IMG/VR virus record: IMGVR_UViG_3300020465_001196
Reading direction: 5' to 3' (one strand)
From: a virus
Taxonomy: Duplodnaviria > Caudoviricetes
Length of the DNA: 64,000 nucleotides
Below are positions 10,328-20,323 of this stretch, one piece after another. Position 1 is the stretch's first letter. The number at the start of each line of letters is the position of its first letter. The notes under the pieces were generated by a model, which saw only the letters and a program-made list of their open reading frames with translations, did not search any database and was not told where the DNA came from. Position numbers and translations under genes: made by a program.

Positions 10328-11094
10328 AAAAAATATTAACTACAGGATGTTCATTTACTCACGCACCAAACAGTTGGGCAAATTATTTGAAAGAAGAATA
10401 TGATTTAGTTAATGTTGCTGAAGGCGGTGCTGGTAATGAAATGAATTTAAGAAATGCCAGCCTAGAAGTATTATCAGAATCATACTCTCATGTTATTGCA
10501 CAAATTAGTGGTATAAACAGATTTGAAATTATATATGATGAAAAAATGGAATCAAAAAATAATTATATACTTCCTAAAGAATATTACACTTGGATTAAAA
10601 GTACAGGAGATCAACGTTGGTGGCGAGGACTTGAACAAAACAATTTTGATTTATTTCGAACAAGTAAACATATCAGTGATAGACTAGATGCGTATATAAA
10701 ATATACACATTCGGATGTACAGCAAATATTAAGAACACTTATGAACATTGTGTTTTTACAAAAACTATGTAAAGAAAAAAATATTAACTGCTTGTTCTTT
10801 TGTTGGAAAAATGAATTTGCAATATATGAAAAACAAATTAATGAATCTGCAGAACTTACAAATTGGTGGGATCAAATTGATTGGTCAAAATTTTGGTTCC
10901 ATGGAGCAATGGGTGGACTTGCAGAATGGGGAATAGCAAATGGTTTTACTGGAGCATTACATGAAGATAAAATAAATGTTCCAGCAAAAGGTTGGCATGA
11001 TGTTGACGGGCAAAAAATTATGATTGGTCATCCGTCGACAGACTGCCACTGGAACTTTGCAAAGAAAGTAATTAAACCTTGGATTGAACAATGA
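10324..11094 (+). CDS. SGNH/GDSL-like protein
   Basis: TTGCSFT, GGAGN, IGHPS. Confidence 0.55.
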   Translation: MKKILTTGCSFTHAPNSWANYLKEEYDLVNVAEGGAGNEMNLRNASLEVLSESYSHVIAQISGINRFEIIYDEKMESKNNYILPKEYYTWIKSTGDQRWWRGLEQNNFDLFRTSKHISDRLDAYIKYTHSDVQQILRTLMNIVFLQKLCKEKNINCLFFCWKNEFAIYEKQINESAELTNWWDQIDWSKFWFHGAMGGLAEWGIANGFTGALHEDKINVPAKGWHDVDGQKIMIGHPSTDCHWNFAKKVIKPWIEQ

Positions 11095-11321
11095 CAAAAA
11101 CATACATACACGTTAACCAACATAAAATTAGGAGTAATAAAAAACATGGGACTAATGAACCTGTTATCACTATTAAACGTGGAAGTAGGAATGACTATTG
11201 TCATGCCGTTAAAATATTGGGCGATAGTACTGTTCGTTATGGTGGCAATGATAAGCCTATCCTTAGTTGCGGTGCTAGAGTTGTTATAGAAACTGAAGCG
11301 GAAGTTAAAATTGTAGAATGA
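11091..11321 (+). CDS. Conserved phage hypothetical protein
   Basis: Coupled ORF; IHVNQHKIRSNKK...LSCGARVVIET pattern recalled from marine T4-like phages. Confidence 0.6.
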   Translation: MTKTYIHVNQHKIRSNKKHGTNEPVITIKRGSRNDYCHAVKILGDSTVRYGGNDKPILSCGARVVIETEAEVKIVE

Positions 11322-12637
11322 TCAATTTATTATATCAAACTTGGATTAATGAAGTACCTATTTCAAATAGTGTACCTCCACACAAACGCAAAATAAATTC
11401 TAATGGTTACGGAAATGTTAAATGTAATTACATAGAAAAAATGTTTGAAGTTGAAGATATTAAATGGAATTCAAAAAACATAGACACAGTTAATCCAAAC
11501 GAAATTACATATTATCATATACAACCAGAATGGATTGACTTGGCTTTCTTTTATGAAAATGTATTTCATCATATTGATGACAATGTGTTAAACTTGTTAC
11601 GTGATCCAAATAATAAAGTAAGAGTATTAATATGGTTTCCAAGTGAAGGCTTTCATTTATCAATGCCAAGATTCTTAGATGATATAACTTGGAGTATTAC
11701 TGATAAAGGAATTCCTTTTGAAAAAGTATATATGGTTTATGGTGATTTAAATATCGAACAAAATTATAAAACATACATGAAAGTAAAACGTTTTGGTAAT
11801 GATCAAAAAATTAATATGTATCCTTTTAATATATTTGAAACAAACTACAGACATGAATGCGATGTAAGATACTTTATGAATCATAAACATAAAGGTGTAT
11901 CTAATGAATTAATTGATGCTTCTGAACTATCAAAAGATCATATACGTTCACACAAATTTTTATGTAAGAATGCAAATCCAAGAGAACACAGAATTTATAT
12001 ATTAAGCGAGTTATATCGTAAAGGCTATCAAGATCAAACTATACATAGTTTTTTAAATAGATATTTTACACCAGACAGTATTGGTAATTTAAGAAGTTAC
12101 CTAACACAAGAAGATATGCATTTAGCAAAGACTATTGACAGTTATGGTAAGCAATGGCTAAAAGAAAAAACACCAATAATACTTGATCATAATGCTGATA
12201 CGATTGGTGATGATATGAACCAACGTATACTAACTAAAGAACATTTTACTGAAACATATTTTAGTTTTGTAACTGAAACTGTATTTGAATCACAACCAGG
12301 TTCTCCATTATTTGTTACTGAAAAAACATATATGCCTTTTGTAAATTATCATCCTTTTATTATTACAAGTGGTACTGGGTGTTTACAATATTTAAAGGAC
12401 CAAGGATACGAAACGTTTCCAGAAATATTTGATGAGTCATATGACAATATTAATAACAGGGCAGAAAGATTAAAATCTATAATGAATAATATCGAACGTA
12501 TATGCAAAATGGATATTAAAGAATTGCATAAACTATATTGGAGTGTTTGGGATAAACTAGAACACAATAGAAATCATTTTTTTCAAAGGAGTCACGCTAA
12601 TCGTTGGACTAAATTATTGGAATTTTTATCCAGATAA
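11318..12637 (+). CDS. GT10-like glycosyltransferase paralog
   Basis: FLCKNANPREHR and YFSFVTET...FVTEKTYMPF...HPFI. Confidence 0.45.
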   Translation: MINLLYQTWINEVPISNSVPPHKRKINSNGYGNVKCNYIEKMFEVEDIKWNSKNIDTVNPNEITYYHIQPEWIDLAFFYENVFHHIDDNVLNLLRDPNNKVRVLIWFPSEGFHLSMPRFLDDITWSITDKGIPFEKVYMVYGDLNIEQNYKTYMKVKRFGNDQKINMYPFNIFETNYRHECDVRYFMNHKHKGVSNELIDASELSKDHIRSHKFLCKNANPREHRIYILSELYRKGYQDQTIHSFLNRYFTPDSIGNLRSYLTQEDMHLAKTIDSYGKQWLKEKTPIILDHNADTIGDDMNQRILTKEHFTETYFSFVTETVFESQPGSPLFVTEKTYMPFVNYHPFIITSGTGCLQYLKDQGYETFPEIFDESYDNINNRAERLKSIMNNIERICKMDIKELHKLYWSVWDKLEHNRNHFFQRSHANRWTKLLEFLSR

Positions 12638-12648
12638 GTATATACATC

Positions 12649-13263
12649 ATGTCAAAGAAAACAGAAAAAGAACTAAAAAGAGTCAGAGGAAGAATGTTAA
12701 TTTCAATGCCACACATGGCTGACCCACGATTCTATAAAACTACATTAGCAGTTATACGGCACGATGCCAGTGGTGCAAGTGCTATTATTTTTAACAAGCC
12801 ATCTAAAAGTTTAATCTTTAGTGAAGTATGTTTAGACATGGGATTAAAATGTCATCCTAAATGGAAAAATCAACCAATATATTATGGCGGCCCAATTAAC
12901 ACATCACAAATATTTGTTATACATAGTAGCGACTATCATGATAAAGATACAATGAACGTTGCTCCAAGTATATCACTAACTTCAAATAAAGCAATAATAC
13001 AAACCATTGCAGAAGACAAAGGTCCTAATTTATTTAAAGTTGCAGTTGGTTGTGCAATATGGAGTCCAGATCAACTTGATGATGAAATAGAAGGAGCATG
13101 GCCACGTGATGGAGTTATCAGTTGGTTGCATACAGATTTAAATCCAGCTAACGTATACTCTACAAAAGATAATTGGAATGACGCTATAGAATTATACAGC
13201 CAGTCAATGGCTTCAAACATATTAAAAAGGTTAGAAGTAGAAGATGCCAAATATAATTTCTAA
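12649..13263 (+). CDS. YqgE/AlgH (UPF0301) family protein
   Basis: LISMPHMADPRF, IIFNKP, YYGGP, FVIHS, GCAIWSPDQLDDEI. Confidence 0.8.
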   Translation: MSKKTEKELKRVRGRMLISMPHMADPRFYKTTLAVIRHDASGASAIIFNKPSKSLIFSEVCLDMGLKCHPKWKNQPIYYGGPINTSQIFVIHSSDYHDKDTMNVAPSISLTSNKAIIQTIAEDKGPNLFKVAVGCAIWSPDQLDDEIEGAWPRDGVISWLHTDLNPANVYSTKDNWNDAIELYSQSMASNILKRLEVEDAKYNF

Positions 13264-14272
13264 AAATAATAAAAAATATCTTGTTTATGATTTTGATTGT
13301 GGCCGAGAAAAAGGTTTTGGTGACCTGTTGCAAACAAAAGACTTATGGATAAAATCAAAAGATAAACCATACGTTGTTATTTCAAATGCATATGAAGGTG
13401 AAATACATCACAAACAAGCTGATCAATTTTTAGAAAGACTTCATGCTGAACTACGAGGTTATGAACATGATAAAATTGTATTAGTAATGGCAGATGCTAA
13501 TTTAGAAAAAAATTACAAACGTTGGTATAAAAATTACAAAGAGCCAAGAGTAATTGGGCATTGTGTATACTATCCATATACATTATTAAAAAGATCTATC
13601 GAAAGTTTTAACAAATATAAAATTAATAAAAAGTATATGACTAGGAAGCCAAAGTATTTTATTTGTATGAATGGTGCCGCAAAGCCTCACAGATTTCATA
13701 TGGTAGAAACATTATATTCAAACGACTGGCATCACAAAGGTCATATTACATATCTAAACAGATATGGTGAAAACACAAAACATATGGCTAATGAAAACTT
13801 TCAAGGACAAACATTAAAATTAGACTTTGATGCTAAAACTATTGACGAAGGTGATAATCAAGAAATACTTCCACCAGAATATAGAGAAGCAATATTTGAT
13901 GTTGTAACTGAAAGTATTGTTAGTGATAGTAGTGTATTCATAACTGAAAAAACTTGGAAACCAATATTACAAAAAGTTCCTTTTTTACCATTAGGTTCAA
14001 AAAAAATGTGTAAACATTTAGAAGAATTTTTTGGAATTAAATTGTATAACAATCTATTCAATTATAGTTTTGATTATATTGATTATCCAAATAGACTACA
14101 CAGAATCAAAGAAGATAACTTAAGAAGGTTAATCAATACTCCTTTAGCGGACCTTAACGATATAATTAATTCAGATAAAATGCAAAAACAATTATCATAC
14201 AATCAAACGCAATTAATTAATTTTAAAATTCCAATGCTAATAGATGCTATTGATAAAGAGGTCAATGGATAA
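13244..14272 (+). CDS. GT10-like glycosyltransferase paralog
   Basis: FICMNGAAKPHR and FDVVTES...FITEKTWKPI...VPF. Confidence 0.45.
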   Translation: MPNIISKNNKKYLVYDFDCGREKGFGDLLQTKDLWIKSKDKPYVVISNAYEGEIHHKQADQFLERLHAELRGYEHDKIVLVMADANLEKNYKRWYKNYKEPRVIGHCVYYPYTLLKRSIESFNKYKINKKYMTRKPKYFICMNGAAKPHRFHMVETLYSNDWHHKGHITYLNRYGENTKHMANENFQGQTLKLDFDAKTIDEGDNQEILPPEYREAIFDVVTESIVSDSSVFITEKTWKPILQKVPFLPLGSKKMCKHLEEFFGIKLYNNLFNYSFDYIDYPNRLHRIKEDNLRRLINTPLADLNDIINSDKMQKQLSYNQTQLINFKIPMLIDAIDKEVNG

Positions 14273-15494
14273 AGATACTGCATTAAAAAAATCAAAACGT
14301 TTCTGTATGTTACCTTGGACACATTTACACTCATGGCCAGATGGCAGAGTGTTACCATGTTGTATGGCCCCAATGGACGAAATACTTGGTAACTTAAAAG
14401 ATCAATCATTTGAAGATATTTGGAATTCAGATAAGTTAAAGAAAATGCGTGTAGCAATGTTAAAAGATAAACCAACAAAAGAATGCACTCGTTGTTATTC
14501 TATGGAATCAAGTGGATTGAATACAACAAGAACTTGGGCTAATGAAACATTTGAAAATCATTTTGATAAAGTAGGAACTACACAAGAAGATGGTACCGTT
14601 GATAAAATTAACTTACCATATATTGATTTTAGATTTTCAAATTTATGTAACTTTAAATGTAGAACTTGTGGACCAGATTTATCATCAAGCTGGTACGAAG
14701 ATAATATTAAACTGTATGGTCCATTAAAACATCCAAAAATTATAAGGCCATATAAAGATGAAGAAACATTTTGGCAAAAAGTCGAACCATACATGGACGG
14801 ATTAGAAGAAATATATTTTGCAGGTGGTGAACCACTTATCATGGAAGAACATTATAGAATTCTTAAAAAACTTGATGAACGTAAAATGTATCACGTAAGA
14901 TTAAAATACAACACAAACTTTTCACAAATGACATTTAAAAAATTAGATGTTATGGAAATATGGAATCGTTTTGAATCTGTTAAAATAGGTGCTTCGTTAG
15001 ATGGCATGGGTAAACGTGGAGAATACTTACGTAAAGGACAATCATGGGAACAAGTTGAAGAAAATAGAAAACGTATGTTTGATATTTGTCCAGATGTATA
15101 TGTGTTCCTTGCAACTTGTTTAAATGTATATAATAGTTTCCATGTACCAGACTTTCATCATGAATGGATACAAAAAGGTTGGATTGACGCTGTTGGTGGC
15201 AGTTTGATTAATCCGTTGTTTGTACCAGAAGAACTTTCTATACAAATACTCCCAATGGAAATGAAAAAACGATTAGAAGAAAGATATGTGCAAGAACAAG
15301 AATGGTTTGACAAGTATACGCAAAATAAAGAAAAACGTTATGATAAACTAATTCATTTTATGTATGAAAAAGATTCATCACATCTTATTCCAAAGTTTTG
15401 GGAAAGAACAAATATGGTCGATAAGTTACGTAACGAAGATGTTATTTCATTGTTCCCAGAATTGATGGACCTAAAAAATCATCAACCAGTTTAG
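14265..15494 (+). CDS. Radical SAM protein with N-terminal SPASM/twitch-like Cys cluster
   Basis: CMLPW...PCC...CTRC, then CNFKCRTC (CX3CX2C), FAGGEP, YNTN; start 14265 after GAGG. Confidence 0.85.
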   Translation: MDKDTALKKSKRFCMLPWTHLHSWPDGRVLPCCMAPMDEILGNLKDQSFEDIWNSDKLKKMRVAMLKDKPTKECTRCYSMESSGLNTTRTWANETFENHFDKVGTTQEDGTVDKINLPYIDFRFSNLCNFKCRTCGPDLSSSWYEDNIKLYGPLKHPKIIRPYKDEETFWQKVEPYMDGLEEIYFAGGEPLIMEEHYRILKKLDERKMYHVRLKYNTNFSQMTFKKLDVMEIWNRFESVKIGASLDGMGKRGEYLRKGQSWEQVEENRKRMFDICPDVYVFLATCLNVYNSFHVPDFHHEWIQKGWIDAVGGSLINPLFVPEELSIQILPMEMKKRLEERYVQEQEWFDKYTQNKEKRYDKLIHFMYEKDSSHLIPKFWERTNMVDKLRNEDVISLFPELMDLKNHQPV

Positions 15495-16278
15495 CATTTC
15501 CTTCATTGCTAAAATGATACCCGTTATCTATTTGATAAGATTCAAAATTCTTTTTACCAAATAAACCTTCTATAGATGGAAAAGGTCTAAGCTCAAAAAG
15601 ATTTGAACGAAATTCTGGTTTATACTTTAACCAATAAAATGGTAATACATCTTTACCTTTGGATTGCAAGTAATCTATTAAACTATATGTTTGTGAATAA
15701 TAAAAATATTTTTGATAATCTGTTTCACTTTGTTGTTCATACCAAGTTGCAATATAACTTTTAAAATTTGTTAAAGACAATTGTGGAGTAACTTTATCTT
15801 TTATTTTATCATTATATAATTTTTCTATAAATGATTCCCATCTCTTTTCTTTATGATGTTCACTTGCACTTGCTCCAATTCCTTGACTTAAATGTATTAT
15901 GTGACCACTTAAATCCCATATTTTATAATAGCTTCGATCTCCTTTATCAACTTCATCAAAACCAAAACGTATTCTTTTTTCTTTTTCTTCAATTGGATCT
16001 AACGCAAGTATTGATCTATCATGTGTTGTAATTTGAAATACAAACATATCTGGATCAAACTCTTTTAAAAGATAGTCAGCAACTAAATGACAATACTCAA
16101 CTCCTGCACCTGGTCTACCAGCTTGTATTATATCAGCTTTTATTCCATTATTACCTAAGTAAGTCATTAAATGATAAGGGTAAGTTTCATTATCTGGCAT
16201 ATCACCATTACCTGTTGAACTTAATCCTCTAGTCCAACTGCAACCTAAACAGGCTATCTTTAAATTTTTATTTGGCAT
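15442..16278 (-). CDS. SGNH/GDSL-like protein
   Basis: CLGCSWT, GRPGAG, DNGYHFS. Confidence 0.5.
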   Translation of the reverse strand: MPNKNLKIACLGCSWTRGLSSTGNGDMPDNETYPYHLMTYLGNNGIKADIIQAGRPGAGVEYCHLVADYLLKEFDPDMFVFQITTHDRSILALDPIEEKEKRIRFGFDEVDKGDRSYYKIWDLSGHIIHLSQGIGASASEHHKEKRWESFIEKLYNDKIKDKVTPQLSLTNFKSYIATWYEQQSETDYQKYFYYSQTYSLIDYLQSKGKDVLPFYWLKYKPEFRSNLFELRPFPSIEGLFGKKNFESYQIDNGYHFSNEGNAKLVDDFLGPSILGTMK

Positions 16279-16669
16279 ATTCTTTTACTTTATGAAACAT
16301 ATTATACGCACCATTTCTTCTGTTAGGTGACAAAATATTTATTAACTGTAGACTTTCAATAACGTTATCAATATCTGTGTTTTGTATTTCTTTTTTAGTT
16401 ACATCGCTAAAGATATCTGCAACCATTGTTACTATTCCTTTAGTAATATGTGCATCTGAATCTGCCATAAATGATATTGTACTTTCGTTATATTTTGGAA
16501 CTAACCATACTTGACTCATACATCCGTGAACTTTAAATGTATCTAATCTATACTCTTCTGACATAGAACTTTTACTACCTAATGTTATTAGATATTGATA
16601 TTTGTCCATATTATTATCAAATAATTCTAAATCTGTTTTATATTTTTCTAATTTTTCTTGTATAGACAT
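16268..16669 (-). CDS. sufE: SufE family sulfur-acceptor protein
   Basis: KYQYLITLG, KVHGCMSQVWL (active Cys), ADSDAHITKG, LSPNRRNG. Confidence 0.85.
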   Translation of the reverse strand: MSIQEKLEKYKTDLELFDNNMDKYQYLITLGSKSSMSEEYRLDTFKVHGCMSQVWLVPKYNESTISFMADSDAHITKGIVTMVADIFSDVTKKEIQNTDIDNVIESLQLINILSPNRRNGAYNMFHKVKEYAK

Positions 16670-16701
16670 TTTATCCTTTTTGTGCTATGTTAAATATAGT
16701 T

Positions 16702-17883
16702 ATGCACACACCAAAATCATTTTGTATACTACCATGGATATCATTAGAGTCCACAGCCGCAGGGTGGGTTAAACCTTGCTGTATGTATAATAATAACATG
16801 ACTGATGAAAACAATCAACCATTCAATTTACAAAAAAATACATTTAATGATGCTTGGAATAGTGATTATTATAGAAACCTAAGACAAGAATTCTTAGATG
16901 GTAAAATGCCAAAAGGTTGTACAAAATGTTGGAGTGAAGAAGCAAGTGGTAAAGTATCTAAACGTATTAGAGATAATCAAAAATACAAACATCATATTAC
17001 TGAAGAAATAATACAGGAACCTAAATTAAAATATTTAGATCTAAAACTAGGAAACATTTGTAATTTAAAATGTCGTATATGTGGAACACATTCAAGTTCA
17101 AAATGGATAGCAGAACAAAAGCACTATGACAAGCAAGACAATCACGAAGAAGAACACACACGTCATGGCTGGCCTGAAACTAACAAAAAGTTTTGGGAAG
17201 AACTTGAAGAACTGTTGCCAACATTAGAATACATCGACTTTACTGGTGGTGAACCATTTATGATTAAAGAACAATTTGAACTATTAAAGTTTTGTGTTGA
17301 AAAGGGTTATGCAAAAGATATTGGCATACACTATAACACAAATGGAACACAATTACCAAATGATGCATTACAAAACATATGGCCGCACTTTAAATCAGTT
17401 GACGTGCAGTTTTCAATTGATGGAATAGAAAATCATTTTGAATATCAAAGACATCCTGCTAAATGGAAAAATGCTTTACACGTTATAAATGAATTTAAGA
17501 ATAAACAAAGCAAAAAGTTTACTGTTGGTATATGTCATACAATTAACATCTTTAACGTGCTATACATACCCAAATTTTTAACATGGGCAAAAGAATTTGG
17601 TATAAGTGTATACTTGAACAGTTTACATTATCCATCGCATTATAATATTAAGTGTTTACCAAATGAGGCTAAAAGAAACATTACTAATAGGTTACAAGAA
17701 AACAATAACAAAGACATACAAACGTTCATTGATTATATGAATCAAGATGATAATGGATATCATGATTGGATGAAATTTGTACATTGGACTATGCGTGTTG
17801 ATAAATTTAGAAGCGAAAACTTTGAACAAGTTTTTCCAGAACTAGCAGAAGCAACTGAATATAAATATTATAAAAGGAAATAA
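16702..17883 (+). CDS. Radical SAM protein with N-terminal SPASM/twitch-like Cys cluster
   Basis: CILPW...PCC...CTKC, CNLKCRIC, FTGGEP, YNTNG; start 16702 chosen (ORF track 16687). Confidence 0.85.
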   Translation: MHTPKSFCILPWISLESTAAGWVKPCCMYNNNMTDENNQPFNLQKNTFNDAWNSDYYRNLRQEFLDGKMPKGCTKCWSEEASGKVSKRIRDNQKYKHHITEEIIQEPKLKYLDLKLGNICNLKCRICGTHSSSKWIAEQKHYDKQDNHEEEHTRHGWPETNKKFWEELEELLPTLEYIDFTGGEPFMIKEQFELLKFCVEKGYAKDIGIHYNTNGTQLPNDALQNIWPHFKSVDVQFSIDGIENHFEYQRHPAKWKNALHVINEFKNKQSKKFTVGICHTINIFNVLYIPKFLTWAKEFGISVYLNSLHYPSHYNIKCLPNEAKRNITNRLQENNNKDIQTFIDYMNQDDNGYHDWMKFVHWTMRVDKFRSENFEQVFPELAEATEYKYYKRK

Positions 17884-17885
17884 CA

Positions 17886-17996
17886 ATGTTTATTATAAAT
17901 TGGTTTAAAAACAAGTGGCAAGATTATAAAATTTGGCGAGCTTACAAAAAGAAAATTAAAAAATTAAAAAAACAAGATCCTTTTATTTACAGATAA
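17886..17996 (+). CDS. 36 aa basic microprotein ending KKQDPFIYR
   Basis: Open frame fills the gap between flanking genes and abuts the next ATG; not in the ORF track. Confidence 0.6.
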   Translation: MFIINWFKNKWQDYKIWRAYKKKIKKLKKQDPFIYR

Positions 17997-18332
17997 ATGA
18001 TTAACAAATCTGTTCTTTTAAAAAATATTAAAAAGGTTATTGAAGGAAATGTTATGGATCCAGATTGGACGTATGATGATTGTCGTTTAGAAAACAATGG
18101 ACTTATTCGCAAAGGCTGTGGATATAATCAATCTTTTAAATATAATGTTCCGTTAGTTAAAATGGACATCAATATGAAAATTATAGAATGGTGTAACAAA
18201 TATTGTGATGGCAAATTTGGTTGGTACTTTGAAGATTGTGAACCTTCACGTTCTTGGCCAGCAAGGCAACGAGCAATAATAACTTTTCAACGTAAAGCAG
18301 ATTGCTTTAATTTTAAATTAAAAATTTTATAG
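17997..18332 (+). CDS. Hypothetical protein
   Basis: 111 aa ORF in operon. Confidence 0.55.
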   Translation: MINKSVLLKNIKKVIEGNVMDPDWTYDDCRLENNGLIRKGCGYNQSFKYNVPLVKMDINMKIIEWCNKYCDGKFGWYFEDCEPSRSWPARQRAIITFQRKADCFNFKLKIL

Positions 18333-18367
18333 TTGACAAACATATCTCTGTAGTTTATTATGGCGTT

Positions 18368-18577
18368 ATGTTTAACAATGAGGATCAAGTAGTTAAAATA
18401 ACCTGTACTGATAATGGTGCAACTGCTACCGGAATAGTAATTAAAGATCATCCAAACGGAGATAAAACAATCATACTTGAAAAGACAATGAAAATGACTT
18501 TTAAAAAGTATCGAGGTAATGTTTGGATTTGTCAAATGCTAGGACGTGAGTATGTTTACGACACAAGGGTTACATAA
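18368..18577 (+). CDS. Hypothetical protein
   Basis: 69 aa ORF behind a TTGACA-N17-TATTAT element. Confidence 0.55.
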   Translation: MFNNEDQVVKITCTDNGATATGIVIKDHPNGDKTIILEKTMKMTFKKYRGNVWICQMLGREYVYDTRVT

Positions 18578-18591
18578 TAAATACTCTTATT

Positions 18592-18903
18592 ATGTATAGA
18601 CCATTACCAGACGGATTAACAATTAAAGAATCTAATGTGCAAGGCTTAGGCTTGTTTGCTACAAAAGATTTTGAAGCATGGACCATTTTAGGAATTGTTC
18701 ATATTATGGATAAAAACTTTCCACATGGTGCTATACGAACTGCCTTGGGTGCTTTTTATAATCATTCAGATGATCCTAATTGTAAAAATGTAAAAGGCTT
18801 TTGGCATCAACTTCCTGTAAAGTATCTGCAAACAATTAAACCAATTAAAGCAGGTGAAGAACTTACATCAAAATATACGTTGTACAACGACTTTGACTAT
18901 TAA
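18592..18903 (+). CDS. Minimal SET-domain protein (putative lysine methyltransferase)
   Basis: GLGLFATKD, FYNHSDDPNC, IKAGEELTSKY. Confidence 0.8.
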   Translation: MYRPLPDGLTIKESNVQGLGLFATKDFEAWTILGIVHIMDKNFPHGAIRTALGAFYNHSDDPNCKNVKGFWHQLPVKYLQTIKPIKAGEELTSKYTLYNDFDY

Positions 18904-19019
18904 CCAAAACCAGTCCAGTTCCAAGGATCTTTAAATTTATCTTCTTCTGATTTGTGTGGTGGAGACATTGCAACTCTAAATGCAAAGCCAATTGCTATAC
19001 CAATTAACATCCAGGTCAT
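18900..19019 (-). CDS. 39 aa membrane microprotein ending DPWNWTGFG
   Basis: Start overlaps the SDR stop; hydrophobic N-terminus. Confidence 0.5.
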   Translation of the reverse strand: MTWMLIGIAIGFAFRVAMSPPHKSEEDKFKDPWNWTGFG

Positions 19020-19570
19020 TGTATTGGATCCATATGTAATTCATTTATGTTAATATTCACTGGAGCATCAATAATCCATTTAATATATTCTGCGGCTTGT
19101 ATTACGTTCATTAGTTTTCTATCAGGATGTTTTTCATGTACTTTTTTAGTTTCTAATGAACCAAATGATATATAACTTACTCTAATACCACTGTCTCCCC
19201 ATATACCTAACATTGCATATTGATGACTCATACTTTTAAGTGCTTTCTTTTCTTGCGGATAAATCCATTCAGCACCTTTTGTTGATCTATCTACTGTTGA
19301 ACCAATATTAATAATAAGACCTTTTTTATTTTCTTCTTGCCATTTTTTCCAAACAGTTTCTAATACTAATGATTGATTAAATTGATGTAACGCACTACTG
19401 TTAATAAACACATCATAGTGTAGACTAGACTGTGCTATTTTAACACGGCCTTGTTTAGTACATAAGTCGTAATCATTTGTTCTACTTGCAAAATCAGTTT
19501 GCGTATGAACAATAGAAAACTTCTCAGCAAGTCCGTATGTTGGATTGCCTGTCATTAATACTTTTAACAT
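19016..19570 (-). CDS. Short-chain dehydrogenase/reductase-like protein
   Basis: VLMTG...GLA, DVFINSS, LIINIGST, YxxxK (YPQEK), IRVSYISFG. Confidence 0.7.
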   Translation of the reverse strand: MLKVLMTGNPTYGLAEKFSIVHTQTDFASRTNDYDLCTKQGRVKIAQSSLHYDVFINSSALHQFNQSLVLETVWKKWQEENKKGLIINIGSTVDRSTKGAEWIYPQEKKALKSMSHQYAMLGIWGDSGIRVSYISFGSLETKKVHEKHPDRKLMNVIQAAEYIKWIIDAPVNININELHMDPIQ

Positions 19571-19882
19571 TTATACCTCTAGCTGTTTTTCAATTGCAAC
19601 GTCTTTAAGTTCTTCTGGTATGCCTTTAGGATATGATGGGCTTATTTGAAACTCTTCACCTGTTTCTTCATTTTTACATCCTGCTACTAACCAATCCCAT
19701 TTAAAGTTCATATCATCTACAAATTCCCACAATACATCATACGTACCATTATCACGAGTTTGCATTAACAACTCTGCTTTACATTCTTCCATAGTATCAA
19801 ATGTTTTTTCCATTTGGAAAGTTTGTTGAGTTGCTATAGGATCTTGTCCAATTAAATAAGCTAAAATTAATATCTTAAACAT
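19571..19882 (-). CDS. Hypothetical exported protein
   Basis: Hydrophobic N-terminus, two Cys. Confidence 0.5.
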   Translation of the reverse strand: MFKILILAYLIGQDPIATQQTFQMEKTFDTMEECKAELLMQTRDNGTYDVLWEFVDDMNFKWDWLVAGCKNEETGEEFQISPSYPKGIPEELKDVAIEKQLEV

Positions 19883-20260
19883 TTACTTTAACTCCACTTG
19901 TCCACCTGCGTCTTCAATTTCTTTTTTAAATTTTTCAGCTTGGTCTTTAGCAACTTCAGTATCAACTGTTGCAGGCATATCACCTTCAACAAATTGTTTG
20001 GCTTCCATTAAACCAATACCTTTGATTGTTTTAATTGCTTTCAACACGTTAATTTTTTTACTACTGTCAAAGCCTGTTAGTATTACATTAAATTCTGTTT
20101 TACTTGCATCAACAGGTGCCGCCGCTGGCGCTCCTGCTGTTAAATTGGCTAAATCTAAATCCCATTCTTTTTCTAATTGCTTTGCAAGTTGACCTGCTTC
20201 TACTACTGTTAGTTGTCCTAATTGTTCTATTAGTATATCTAATTTGTTTGTTTCTGTCAT
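19883..20260 (-). CDS. rplL: 50S ribosomal protein L7/L12 (bL12)
   Basis: LTVVEAGQLAKQLEKEW, AGAPAAAP hinge, KTEFNVIL, KINVLKAI...GLMEAKQFVE, KEIEDAGGQVELK. Confidence 0.92.
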   Translation of the reverse strand: MTETNKLDILIEQLGQLTVVEAGQLAKQLEKEWDLDLANLTAGAPAAAPVDASKTEFNVILTGFDSSKKINVLKAIKTIKGIGLMEAKQFVEGDMPATVDTEVAKDQAEKFKKEIEDAGGQVELK

Positions 20261-20323
20261 AAATCCTTTTATATTATAACTGTTGTTTTAATTACTTATA
20301 TTAATATTGTATTATAATTGGGG

